NCBI GenBank assembly: GCA_963794945.1
Contig: CAWCFT010000001.1
Span: 64,001 to 128,000, forward strand
DNA length: 64,000 nucleotides
Direction of reading: 5' to 3'
Source: Endomicrobiales bacterium
Lineage (GTDB): Bacteria > Elusimicrobiota > Endomicrobiia > Endomicrobiales > CAWCFT01
The notes under the pieces were generated by a model. The model ran no database searches, was not told the origin of the DNA, and saw only the letters and a program-made list of their open reading frames with translations. This document shows, one piece after another, positions 1 through 10,870 of this stretch (its first letter is position 1; every line of letters begins with the position of its first letter). The position numbers were made by a program, and so were the translations under genes.

Positions 1-154
1 GGCTTCTGATCGTAGCCGGGGAAAGGTCAAAATCGTAGTTCTCGCTCAAAACGTTTGAGGCGACCGGCTTAGCGGTCTTTATATAATGGTGTATGACCGC
101 CTGCAGTATCTTGTTCTTTCGTTCCTCAAGTATTTTCGGGTTGACCTGTCTCAT
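1..154 (-). CDS. hrcA: Heat-inducible transcription repressor HrcA, N-terminal part (runs off window)
   Basis: Manual translation from ATG at 154: MRQVNPKILEERKNKILQAVIHHYIKTAKPVASNVLSENYDFDLSPATIRS, the HrcA wHTH signature; CIRCE directly upstream. Confidence 0.93.
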   Translation of the reverse strand, partial: MRQVNPKILEERKNKILQAVIHHYIKTAKPVASNVLSENYDFDLSPATIRS

Positions 155-164
155 ATTATTCTCT

Positions 165-226
165 TCAAAATCAAATATCAAATGTCAAATATTTTGATTT
201 TGATATTTAACTTTTGATGTTTGAAT
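165..226. repeat. Inverted heptamer array (AAATATC/AAAAATC-type arms)
   Basis: tcaaaatcaaatatcaaatgtcaaat...ttttgattttgatatttaacttttgatgtttga; related copies near 17081, 17245, 21557, 24275, 26277. Confidence 0.75.
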
Positions 227-241
227 ATTATAAAAGTAATA

Positions 242-268
242 TTAGCACTCTATTAGTTAAAGTGCTAA
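242..268. promoter_or_regulatory. CIRCE operator upstream of hrcA
   Basis: TTAGCACTC-N9-AAGTGCTAA, 1 mismatch to consensus TTAGCACTC-N9-GAGTGCTAA. Confidence 0.93.
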
Positions 269-269
269 T

Positions 270-298
270 ATTATAGCACCAATTCAAATTCTTGTCAA
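270..298 (-). promoter_or_regulatory. Sigma70 promoter of hrcA
   Basis: Minus strand TTGACA-17 nt-TATAAT, perfect consensus with extended TG, abutting CIRCE. Confidence 0.88.
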
Positions 299-350
299 GC
301 AGGCTACTTATCGAGAGAGAATGGGTTCAGGCTGCCTGGCGGGCACGGGG

Positions 351-1620
351 TTATAGGTTCTTATCTACCCCGTGTTTTTTGAGCCTTTCGGAGAAGTCGT
401 AAGCTCTGCATAGGGTACACAGGAAGGGTACTTTCGCGTCAGGGTTATTGACCGTAGCCCTGAACTTCTTGTATCTTTCAGAATTCCATATCTCTTTCAT
501 GCTTTTCTCATAGATATTTCCAAAAGCGTGCTCCCTGAGCACGGTTCTTGAGTTAGACATCATTATCGCGCAATCCGGTATAACATACCCCCCCATCATT
601 ATATAGGGTTCAAGCCAGGCGATGCATTGGTCTATGCAGGCGTTTTTCTGTTTCTCTATGTGGCTGAAGAACACGTTGACACCGTACTTTCTCGCGTTCT
701 CCATGGTTTTGGCGATTATTTCTTCAGGCACCTTTTCTACGGTCAAAGACCTGGTCTCGGGGAACTCAAGATTACCTACAAAATCAAGCCTTGCTCCGCG
801 GCCGATCAAGTCCTTATCAAGCGACCCGATAAGCTTAACAAAATCAGGCATTTCGGTTATGTTCGGCTGAAGCATGGTGTATCTGAAACTTAATTCGGGA
901 AGCGGGCTTTTCTTTTCTTTCTTCATCTCAAGGAACCTGTTAAGGTTTTTTAAGACCCTGTCAAAACTGCATCCTATCCTTATCTTTTCGTAAGTCTGCG
1001 CCGTCGCAGCGTCTATGGAGACGTATATGCCTTCAAGCTTCAGATCTATCACCTTTTCCATTATATCTTCGGTGATCATGTCGAACGAGTCGACAAGATA
1101 TACCGCCGAGTGTTTGGCTTTAGCGTATTCAAGCATCTTAATGTAATCAGGGTTGAGGAAAGCCGAACCTTCCCCCGTAAGCTGGAGCCAGTGAATACCC
1201 GGGAAATTATCGACTATCTTCTTGAATTCTTCGAGGCTGAGATGCTTTTCTTCCTGGTCCTTCCAATAGGTATGCTCGCACATTATGCATTTCCTCGGGC
1301 ATATCGTGGTCACTTCTATCTCGATATATTTCGGGAACGGGGCGAGGAACGGGAATTTTCTAACCAGAGGGTTAAACGCGAAGTAAACGGCTGCTCCTGC
1401 GCCTTCGCCGGTAGGCACAAAGGCTTTTGTGTAAAAGAAGCTGTAAGCCTGTTTGACTCCCCTGTGAAATAAAATATAAAAGAAGGTCTTCAAATATTCA
1501 GAACAGGCTTTTAATTATCATGTTAAAAACATAGCCCGCGCCGAACAGCTTTATCGTCAAGTAAAGCCCTCCGGGCACGAATTTCATCCAGCCTTTTTTT
1601 TCAGGTTTGTTTTCAGTCAT
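351..1620 (-). CDS. Radical SAM protein with SPASM/twitch domain (one indel near 1500; ORF track start 1493)
   Basis: CPRKCIMC motif, C-terminal CIAW...PDC...CTLC; upstream frame from ATG 1620 (MTENKPEKKGWMKF...) joins with a 1-nt shift. Confidence 0.85.
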
Positions 1621-1624
1621 TTGA

Positions 1625-3931
1625 TCATCCTTTTAACATTTTTTGCGCGGTATTTTCCAGCAATTCCCATCTATTCTGAGGGTAGTAATCCTTCATTAGC
1701 AGAAAGTCAGGCGGCTCAGGTTTCAGCTTCGCGGACTGTTCATCTATTATCTCATACAAATACACGTAGTTCTTGGGGTCCGACGAATACCTCTGCCACC
1801 ACTGTTCCTGCTGAAGCTTCATGGAATATATATCCCGGTTCGGTATTGATATATCGGCTATGTCGGCGTAGGCAAGGCGCACGTGATTTTTCCAGAACTC
1901 ATGGAAGGTCTTGAGGCCCTCGGCATCCCAGTAAATAGCATCGTACTGCGGGGTTCTTTTGAGCTCGTTCGAGTTTATCAAAAGATGCGTCACCCCTTCA
2001 CTTTTTAGTTTGGCATAGACGCCTTCCGCCCTCTTCTCTTTGTTAATAGTTTCGATAAGCGGACAGTAGTCGCCCTGGAGGTTAACTATGAAATTCCTCT
2101 TTATATAGTAACCCCTGGGGTCGCAGAATACCATCACCTTCGCGCTTTTAGGGAGGTTATCGTTTATCCATGCCGCGACGTTATAGTACGGCGAAACGTA
2201 GGATGGCCTCTGGGTAGAAAGGTAATCGTATTTTGACTCCATCCCCGTAACTACGCCCAGAGGGTCCTGAATGTTCTTTTGCACACCCATAGCGAACATT
2301 ATATTGATAAGACAAACGCAAGCTAAGGCTCCAAGGAAATATTTTCTGTGGGCCTGCGGCAGAAGCGCCACCGCTCGCCCCAATGGTATGGAAAACACGG
2401 CTACGGCCGATATAAAATACCGCAGGTAAGGCACTTCCGCGGTCCAGTACAAATAGTAAATTACAAAGTACACAAGCATGAACTTGATCTTTTTATCGGG
2501 TTTCCTGAGCATAAAAAGCAGCGGAAGTAACAAGAGGAACGCCGGGCCAATATACCCTTCCGCCCCGACGCTACCCATGGTCAGCTCCCACGGGAGCGTA
2601 AGCTTGCTTATCAATCCGGGTTTCACTGCCGCCATATCGGTCATAGGGGCCTTATGCCCGTGCACCATCATATTGAGGCCGGTATGCGCCTCATTGAAGA
2701 CAAAAGGGTAAAGAGGATGCCCGGTCTGCGCGTAATTCCTGATCATCCAGGGAGAAAACGCTATAGCTGCCGCGGCTGCCACTACGGGAAGCAATACAAG
2801 AAGCTTTTTGAACTGCCTGCCGGAAATGTAATAGTACGCAAGAGCCGCCGAAATTCCGAGCGCCGCTCCGCCGCTTGTATATTTGCTTGCAACCGCTATG
2901 CCTATAAAAACCCCTGACAAGATTGCCCATTTTATTCCTGGCTCGCCGGAGTCGGTCGATTCCACAAGCCGCAGCGCGAAGTAAACCGCCATCATTTCAA
3001 TGAAGATAAGAGGGTACTCGAGGCCGATCCTGGTAGACGCTATAACCACCAGCGGCACTGCGGCAAACAGCAGAAGGGACGCGACCGCTGTCTTGAGATC
3101 AAAATACCTTTTACATATGGCAAGCGCCGCGAAAGCGCTCATGACGGCGAACGAGAAGTTGATAAATTTCGCCGATATCTCATTGCCTAACATCAAAGCC
3201 GTGGCGTAAAGGGTGTGCACGTAAGTGACTATTGAAGACGATTCATAACCGAATATTGTTTTTATCGCGTGGACGTTCACCCAATACTGAGAAACGCTTA
3301 CGTGATAGGATATCGCGTCGTAAAACGTCTCGGGTGTGAGGCTGCCCAGCAGAGCGATAAAAGCGCAGGCCAACAGTATTGCCTTAGAGTACATCGGGGC
3401 GGTTTTGAACTGGTTTAAAAGGTATCCCGGTTCGAACTTGTCTTTGCTTATTTTATAAATGTTGACTGCGGCCAGGGCCACAAGCACGGACAGTATCAAT
3501 TGAATATAGAATAACCCCGCCATGCCCGCCGCAGTTATAAAGAACATTAGCCCCGCGAGCCCAACCGCGGTATCTACCGTGAACTTCTCGGCCTTGTCCG
3601 AGGTGTCCAGCCCCGCGGCTTCGGAGGCCAGCTTACCAAGCCCGTTCGCGGAGAAAAATATTAGAAGCGCAGCCGACGCGCTTAACAGGTTCTTAAGCGA
3701 TACAACCATGAATTTCATGAGCGAGAACGGCTCCTGGTAATTAGCCGAGAAATAAAAACCTATGACTCCCGGCGAAAAAGGGTAAACCTTCAAATACCCG
3801 GCCATCACAACTGCTGCCCAGACAACCATGAGGAATGATACGATCCAGGCCGGAACATAAAATGAATTCTGTATTTGCGCTTGTGGCGCGTTAGCGGCCT
3901 TTTGTTTGTATTTTTTCATATTACCTGCCAT
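1625..3931 (-). CDS. Multi-TM GT-C fold glycosyltransferase (ArnT/PMT/DUF1420-like)
   Basis: About 15 hydrophobic segments, TPETFYDAISYH motif, ASKYT, PWMIRNY..TGHPLYP, C-terminal soluble domain. Confidence 0.75.
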   Translation of the reverse strand: MAGNMKKYKQKAANAPQAQIQNSFYVPAWIVSFLMVVWAAVVMAGYLKVYPFSPGVIGFYFSANYQEPFSLMKFMVVSLKNLLSASAALLIFFSANGLGKLASEAAGLDTSDKAEKFTVDTAVGLAGLMFFITAAGMAGLFYIQLILSVLVALAAVNIYKISKDKFEPGYLLNQFKTAPMYSKAILLACAFIALLGSLTPETFYDAISYHVSVSQYWVNVHAIKTIFGYESSSIVTYVHTLYATALMLGNEISAKFINFSFAVMSAFAALAICKRYFDLKTAVASLLLFAAVPLVVIASTRIGLEYPLIFIEMMAVYFALRLVESTDSGEPGIKWAILSGVFIGIAVASKYTSGGAALGISAALAYYYISGRQFKKLLVLLPVVAAAAAIAFSPWMIRNYAQTGHPLYPFVFNEAHTGLNMMVHGHKAPMTDMAAVKPGLISKLTLPWELTMGSVGAEGYIGPAFLLLLPLLFMLRKPDKKIKFMLVYFVIYYLYWTAEVPYLRYFISAVAVFSIPLGRAVALLPQAHRKYFLGALACVCLINIMFAMGVQKNIQDPLGVVTGMESKYDYLSTQRPSYVSPYYNVAAWINDNLPKSAKVMVFCDPRGYYIKRNFIVNLQGDYCPLIETINKEKRAEGVYAKLKSEGVTHLLINSNELKRTPQYDAIYWDAEGLKTFHEFWKNHVRLAYADIADISIPNRDIYSMKLQQEQWWQRYSSDPKNYVYLYEIIDEQSAKLKPEPPDFLLMKDYYPQNRWELLENTAQKMLKG

Positions 3932-3991
3932 TTTATAGTATTGAACAGCGAAAATATATTCTAAAACCTCAGATATCCCAGGAGCATTCTG

Positions 3992-5473
3992 TCACAACCA
4001 TTTTTTTAAAAATATTCTCTGAAGGAGGCCCTGAAAAGCCGTGTAATACTGCCGCCAGCTGGTCTCTTTATCGAACAGGAACTTCCAAACTGCCCTGAAA
4101 ATGAACTTCCTGTTGAAAATAGTGACCTGTTTCCACGCCCACTTATAAAGCTCGAATATCCTCTCCTGTGAAAGGTTCTTGGTTTTGAAAAGCACCTTGT
4201 CGCTGTAGTTGTACTCGTTCCATTTTTCCGAAAGCAGGTTGCCATCGCTCTTGAGTATCTTGTAGAGAGGCGTCCCGGGGAACGGCGTGTTTATACCAAG
4301 CTGAACAACATCAACGTCGAGTGATTTCGCGAACCTGACCGTCTCCCTGATGTCTTCCTCTGTTTCCGTGTGGTGGCCTATAATGAAGTTTACGACTATA
4401 TTGAAGTTGTACTTGTTAGCCATAGCGATAGCCTGCAGCACCTGGGCTAGCGAGATGTTCTTGCCTATGCTGTCGATTATCTTCTGCACGCCGCTCTCTA
4501 TCCCGAAGTTGATGCGGTAGCAGCCGCTTTTTTTCATAAGTTTGTACATCTCATCATCTAGTATATCAACCCGGGTGTTCGAGCAGACCCACTTGATGCC
4601 GAGCTTTGCTTCAATGAGCAAACGGCATATCCTTTTTACCCTCTCCGGGTCGAACGTGAAAAAATCGTCCGACATCGAAATCTCGTTAATTCCGTATTTC
4701 TCCACGAGGTATTTTATCTCGCCGACAACGTTCTCCGGGCTCCGCGCGGTTATCATGGAGCCGAAAACCTGTTTGTTGCAGAACACACAGTGGGCGGAGC
4801 ACCCACGGCTGGGCACAATGGTCGTAGAGAGCCAGCCTTTTTTAAGGTCCAGCGGCAGCATGTTCTTGTATCTTTCGGGGTAGCCTTTGAAGAGGTGCCT
4901 AGCCGGCATAGGCAGGCTGTCGAGGTCGGTTATCCTTGGAGGCCTTGGGTTGTTCACGGTTTTTCCTTCAACCGTCATGTAAACCCCCGGCACCTTGGAT
5001 ATCGCGTCAACGTCGAAGTTGTAAAGATGCGGTAGCAGATCGTATATCACCTGCTCCGCTTCGCCTTTAATGGCGATATCCGCTCCGTTATCAAGCGCTT
5101 CCTGCGGGAGCACGGTCACGTGCGGCCCGCCCATTATAACTTTTATCTTGGGGTTTGCCTGTTTTACAAGTTTAGCGTTCCTATAAGCGGCGTAAATGTG
5201 AGGTGTAAAACCGCTTAAGCCCACTATATTTATGTCGTTCTCAAGGACAAGGGCCTTCAGGCCTTCCTCGGAAAAATCTTCAATGAGGTAGTTGACGCAT
5301 TTTACAAACACGCCGTTGGCCTCAAGCACAGCCGCGATGTAGGCTATGCCAAGCGGGACGTAACCGAAACGCTGGCTGGAATCAGTAGAGTTTATAAGCA
5401 GGAATCTCAGCTTGTTTACTTCAGGGTTATTCTTGTGTCCATCAAATCCCAAAATGTCCTCCAATAAATTCAT
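3992..5473 (-). CDS. B12-binding radical SAM protein (class B methyltransferase-like)
   Basis: PLGIAYIAAVL and MGGPHVT cobalamin-binding motifs, SRGCSAHCVFC, GIESG, TPFPGTPLY. Confidence 0.9.
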   Translation of the reverse strand: MNLLEDILGFDGHKNNPEVNKLRFLLINSTDSSQRFGYVPLGIAYIAAVLEANGVFVKCVNYLIEDFSEEGLKALVLENDINIVGLSGFTPHIYAAYRNAKLVKQANPKIKVIMGGPHVTVLPQEALDNGADIAIKGEAEQVIYDLLPHLYNFDVDAISKVPGVYMTVEGKTVNNPRPPRITDLDSLPMPARHLFKGYPERYKNMLPLDLKKGWLSTTIVPSRGCSAHCVFCNKQVFGSMITARSPENVVGEIKYLVEKYGINEISMSDDFFTFDPERVKRICRLLIEAKLGIKWVCSNTRVDILDDEMYKLMKKSGCYRINFGIESGVQKIIDSIGKNISLAQVLQAIAMANKYNFNIVVNFIIGHHTETEEDIRETVRFAKSLDVDVVQLGINTPFPGTPLYKILKSDGNLLSEKWNEYNYSDKVLFKTKNLSQERIFELYKWAWKQVTIFNRKFIFRAVWKFLFDKETSWRQYYTAFQGLLQRIFLKKWL

Positions 5474-5536
5474 TTAAACTTGCTGTTGAGCCAATTAAAA
5501 AACCTTCCATGCGTGTCATCCCAAATCCAGCCTAAT

Positions 5537-5625
5537 TGTCATCTCGAATCCCGCAAAGCGGGATGAGAGATCTGGTTATTTTTGACAGAAGATTTCTCTC
5601 CCGCCACAGCGGGATCGAAATGACA
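5537..5625. repeat. Palindromic REP/MITE family A copy 1
   Basis: TGTCATCTCGAA...GAGAGATCT...AGATTTCTC...GGATCGAAATGACA; similar copies at 15787 and 63510. Confidence 0.85.
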
Positions 5626-5637
5626 ACAATGGATTAT

Positions 5638-6387
5638 TCAACGAAGTCTACTTAAGAGTCTCTCTGCCGTATCAAGGTCCTGCTTGTAATTAATATTTAA
5701 GTAACTGCCTTCCAGGGGGAACGCCCTTACGGTCTTACCGTCTTTAACCATCATCTTCATCGTATCGGCAAGCTCTTTTCTGCAGGACTTTTCCGAGACC
5801 GCCGTCTTCTTGATATATTCGAAAACCGAAGGTTTAAATATGTATGTCCCGCAGCCGATGAGGTTATTGAACGGCTTCTCGGGCTTTTCCACGAGATCAA
5901 GCACGTTCCAATTGCCGTCAACCTTCACGGTATAATTCTTCTTAATAGACTCAAGGTCTTCGGTAGCGTTCACCGCTATCATGCACTCGGGGCTATCGCC
6001 TATTTCGTAACTCTTTAGCATTTCAGCATGCTTAGTGTTTACATATATCTCGTCGCCAAGAATGGTAAGGAACGGCTCGTTAATTATGTCCTCAAGCAGG
6101 AGGACGGCATCGCTGAGCCCGCACTTCACCTTGCTGTCTATAAACTTATTCTCAAGATAAGTGATAGAGAGCCCAAACTTTTCGCCGCTTCCGAAATGCT
6201 GTTGTATAAGCTCTTTCTTATATCCGACAATGATATAGACTTTCTCAAAACCGAGCCCCTTAAGCATTGTAACGACATGCTCAAGTATCGGCTTTCCCCC
6301 GACGGGTATCATGGGCTTTGGCAGATCGTCAGCCAAAGGCTGAAGCCGTATCCCTTTCCCCCCCGCCAGCACCACCGCGTTCTTCAT
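5638..6387 (-). CDS. Sugar-phosphate nucleotidyltransferase (RmlA/GlmU-like)
   Basis: LAGGKGIRLQPL..DLPKPMIPVGGKP, VEKP motifs. Confidence 0.9.
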   Translation of the reverse strand: MKNAVVLAGGKGIRLQPLADDLPKPMIPVGGKPILEHVVTMLKGLGFEKVYIIVGYKKELIQQHFGSGEKFGLSITYLENKFIDSKVKCGLSDAVLLLEDIINEPFLTILGDEIYVNTKHAEMLKSYEIGDSPECMIAVNATEDLESIKKNYTVKVDGNWNVLDLVEKPEKPFNNLIGCGTYIFKPSVFEYIKKTAVSEKSCRKELADTMKMMVKDGKTVRAFPLEGSYLNINYKQDLDTAERLLSRLR

Positions 6388-6421
6388 TTTGTTTTCCTAT
6401 GTCCTTGTGATTTTCTGTTTA

Positions 6422-6533
6422 ACCTCCTCTCCCTCAACGGGAGAGGATTGAGGTGAGGGTGAACTTATTCCCCCTCATCCTACCTCACCGGAGGTGAGTC
6501 GCCTCTGGAGACTTCTCCCACAAGTGGAGAAGA
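6422..6533. repeat. Purine/pyrimidine-tract hairpin repeat (family C-like)
   Basis: cctctccc...gggagagg...gaggtgagggtg...cccctcatcc...ttctcccacaagtggagaa hairpins in an intergenic region. Confidence 0.6.
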
Positions 6534-6593
6534 AATAATAACAAGACACTATTATACCATAGAACCGAGCAATAATATTACTTTATCCCGCGT

Positions 6594-6928
6594 TTACCTC
6601 GACTTTATCATCGTAAGCATCATCTTGAACTTTTCTTTCGCCTGCAGGGCGTGCGGCTTGTTCGCGGGCAGTGTAATATACTCGCCTTTCTTAACGGTGT
6701 TTCGTTTACCGGAAATAGTTATCTCCGCTTCCCGTCTACGATATAAACGATAGCGTCAAACGGCGCAGTGTGCGTGCTTAAGCCCTGCCCTTTGTCAAAA
6801 GCGAACAACGTCACCGTGCCGGTGCTTTTCTTCAGTATCTCCTGGCTGACAATTGAATCTTTCTGGTACTTAACCGTCTTCTTGAGCTTTACCGCCACAC
6901 CGAGCTTCACTTTCTGTTTGATAGCCAT
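6594..6928 (-). CDS. Cupin domain protein (indel near 6730)
   Basis: TLFAFDKGQGLSTHTAPFDA, then continuation LPANKPHALQAKEKFKMMLTMI in another frame. Confidence 0.85.
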
Positions 6929-6993
6929 TTTATCCTCCAAAGATTATGCAAATGCATTAGGACTTTTTGACTTATTATAGATTATGACTAAAC

Positions 6994-7800
6994 TTAACTA
7001 TCTCCTTCATTATTTCTTGTCTCATCTATCATTTTCACTAGCTCTTCCCTCTTTGCTTTTAATTTTGTTTCCAATCCAAATTTACAATAATCGTTAATCA
7101 CTTTAAGCATTGAGAGAAACAACAGTAAAGAATAATATACAGCTTCACCCTCACCTTCGCTGCTAGCCGAATTGCTGACATTAATTTGATTATTTGCAAC
7201 GTTTGAAAAATCACCAACAACATTAATATTCGGATGAGTAAACTGACACAAACGACTGTAAATCGTAGAATACAGTTGATTGTTGGTCAATTCACACAAT
7301 CTTTTCAAAGTTAAAAAACTCCAATTAGTATTCTTTGGTTTCTCACCCTTCTTGCATAATTTACATTTTTCTTCTTCGATAAGCTTATCTATTTCAGGCA
7401 AAGAAACAGAAAATTGCTGGATCCTCGATTTGAAAATATCTTTCATTTTATCATCTGTCAGCCGATTATATTCTTCACTTAAGTGCCTATATGTTTCTTT
7501 GTGCCCATGAGCAATAAACAATTTTGCTCGATCATGCTGCTCTTGTTCATTACCGTATAATATATATGAAAGCTGCAACATTGTTCTCAAAAACTACTCT
7601 TGAAAGACAGCAGGCATCTTCGTTGTGACCTATTTCAGCTAAATGCAATATTGAATGTAAAGATTTAGAACTTCTCCCTAACAAACCCATTACCACTTTT
7701 GCGACAATATCATTAAGATTTGTTTTTTTCCGTTAGTAGACTGTTTCCAATCGTTTTCAAACCAATTTATAAATGATTTGAAGTATTCAATTCTATTCAT
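6994..7800 (-). CDS. DUF5677-like, possible HEPN-fold protein (two compensating indels near 7725 and 7585)
   Basis: Reconstructed N-half contains EDACCLSRVVFE; C-half has YSRLCQFTHPN (Rx5H); low GC. Confidence 0.6.
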
Positions 7801-7989
7801 ATCTGTGTTTACCTGCCTTATTTCTAAACTTTTAGTCCTAGTGTATGTTATGTCTCTACATCATCCGATATTAATTACTACCGTCCCCATTATTCTATGT
7901 TATTACAAATATTTTGAATTATTATAACTTATGTCAACACTCCAGTTTTTAGTTCAACAGCTCAAGCCTGATAATACGTACGTATCAAG

Positions 7990-10804
7990 CTACTTGGGGA
8001 TACACATTAGTGAATACATATTTTTTGTTATTGACTTAAACTTCGCTTTTAATGTATCTGTGGTTTTTGTATATGTAAATAGTTCTACATGAGTCTTATT
8101 TTGAATATTTTGTTGCCATGCTTCAATTCGTTCTTTTATATCAGGATCGTTTTCCAATCCACTCGTTTTTGTTATTTCGATTAGTGTTTCAAAGGGCATG
8201 TACACCTGCGCAAATTTAATATTATCTCCTGCAATATGCCCTATAGTATATGGTTCCCAGTAGTCTCTGATTATGTTAGGATACTTAAGTAGGTTTCTCT
8301 TTGCGGCCTCACGGATTCTATTTATCTCTGCCGAATTGTTTTCTTCTCCTGACCAAGACTGCCAGAGAACAAATTGGTAGTTCTCTTCTTTTTCATATAT
8401 ATCTTCCTTAGCATAGTTCTGAAAAGTAGCGACTGTTTGCTTCATCTAAGACCGATTTAATTAGTCCCAATATCATATAATTATTATATCCTTCTCTTAT
8501 CTTTTGGATAACGAGTATATCTCTTGGTTCATTAGTTTCTAATAAATAATTAGAAAATGTATATTTAGCATAAGTAGAGACATTAGATGCGGTTAAGAAT
8601 TCCTTCAATGCATCACGAATAGTGTCAAGAGAATAATTTAACTCCACCAACAGTATCATTTTTTCTTTTAAATGATAAACAGCCGACCCAATTCGTGAAT
8701 CAATTCCAGAGTTAGATTTAAATTCAAAACTCTCATTTATCAAACGCTTCTTGATTTCCATAAATACATCATAAAGTATCTTATCATTATCAACCCCGAA
8801 ATCTTTCAAATAACCGGAATAATCTAATACATCCTGCGACTTCAATTGTTCAAGCTTAAGCTTACCTGCCTCATGCTCTTGGAGCCAAAGAATGGAATTC
8901 TCAAGACTATTTGCTGGGTCATCGGGACTAAACCCGACATATCTCCTCATTGTTTCCTGTAGAGAAAGGGAACCAAAGTATTCAGGTGCATGTGATATGC
9001 GAGATGTTTCTATTTTATCAATACAGAAATGACCAATGAGCCCTATCAATTCTTTAATTATCGGTTTATCATGCTCACTAACATCCTTGCCGGTTTCATC
9101 CTTTATCCACGTAAAAATGACTTTATCTTTATCCTTTTCGTCACCCAATATTCTTTTAAGTTCCCTATTTTCTTTCCAAGTTTCGTAAAAATAAACCGGT
9201 GAATCCTGGCAAATCGTTTCAAAAAATTCAAAAAGAACAGGATGTCTTATTTTTGCATATTCCATAAGTATAGTATCTGCAAGACGCACTTTAAATGCTT
9301 TACCAGCTTTCGCTTCTAGTGCTCCTAAAGTGAGTTTCCATCCCCCAAGCGTACGGTTTATCATTCGCGGTGATTCATCTGCCAGTATCTTTATAACGTG
9401 AAGCATAGCCACATCTGAATCTTCAGGCCATTTAATAAAAGGGTCTGCAACATCATACATTCTCGCTAAATCGATGCTTACATTTTTTTGCATACTTTGC
9501 GAGGTTCGCTCAATTTGTTTTTTCGCGAACTCCCGTCTTTTTGTGCGGTTTGGCATTGGGAGTTTAAATTTATGTGTAATATTCTTAGGATTCATGAAAA
9601 GAAAATCAGTTATAAGCATGGTCTTCGGCTCGCTTCGTTTGTGGGTTTTAAGGCGTGCCTGAAGGTCTTCGTTTGATATGCAAAGCACAAATATCATTTG
9701 TACCGGCAAACCGTAACACCCCAAGTTCTTAAAACGTTCTATTATTTCAATCATTCTGAATATCTCATCAAATTCCGCTCGATCAACTTCGTCAAAAACA
9801 AAAAGCCATCGTTTTTCCCTTATTTTATTAACATTGCCGAACAAGCGTGCTGTTTCTGGTGACACTTCCTTCGGACATTCTTTTACGGCATTTTTATCGT
9901 AACATCCTGTAAGAGTACTGATAAGACCTCTATCGCAACGCAGTAAAGGTTTCAACCATTCGTTACCTGTATCACGCAACACTGCTTCCATAAACGGTAA
10001 AAACTGAAACACTTGAAGCTTCGGATATCGTTCAGTCAGCGTTTCAGACCATCGTTCCGCGAAAAGTCTCTCTAAATCCCGTGCCTCATTTGTTTCAGTA
10101 AGTGACAAATAAGAGTAAAGTGTATCTTCAGCGTTGAAATTTTCTATTGTCATTCGTGCGAATGATGATTTGCCCCAACCCATGCCTGCCGATATTTCAA
10201 CTACAATAACATATTCTGCTAATTTCATCAGTTCGTCAGCGATCAATTTTGCTGCTGGGGCAATATTAAATTCATCATTTTCACTTCCAACCGTCTCGTA
10301 TGCAAACCTCCAATTTTTCTTCATTTCTTCGAATGAAAATGTTTTTATTAAAGGATATGTGATAATTAGAACCATGGAAGGGAATGCCAAATAGAATAGC
10401 CACCAAATAGGCAATATTTGCGATAGCCATTTCACAATTAAGTGAAACCTTACCAGAATATGCGCAGAAAAACCTATTTGAGGCATTGGAATATTAGTAA
10501 AGTAAATAATCGCAACAGCTACCGCATCAAAAAATAAGAGAACCATAAAAAACCTAACCCATGAAGGTGGTTTATACAGTTTTTGGACTTTCAGGGCACT
10601 ATGTAGACTAAACGGAATGTCCCAAAGAAGAGAGGTTAGAAAAAACACAAACAAGAGTATTGAAAGTATGTCGGGAAGCAACAGGGCTAATGGCGAAAAT
10701 AAACCCCACCCTCTTGTTGCAAAGAATAATTGTATGCACAATAAGATACTTAATGAAAACAACGCATAGAGAGTTAAGAAAAAAATATTTTTTAAGTTCT
10801 TCAT
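7990..10804 (-). CDS. KAP-family P-loop NTPase with N-terminal TM helices (indel near 8420 joins ORFs 8408-10804 and 7990-8445)
   Basis: Walker A AGMGWGKSS, Walker B LFVFDEVDR, SPRMINR motif, about 4 N-terminal TMs; low GC. Confidence 0.8.
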
Positions 10805-10870
10805 AATGGTAAAGGTTTCACTAACTATTTTGCGTCATAATGTATCAATAGTCAAAATCGGCTAAATGAT

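Noticed and set aside
1498..1500. In-frame TGA as selenocysteine or recoded stop
   Set aside because: The downstream ORF is in a different frame, so this is an indel. TGA is used as a normal stop elsewhere.
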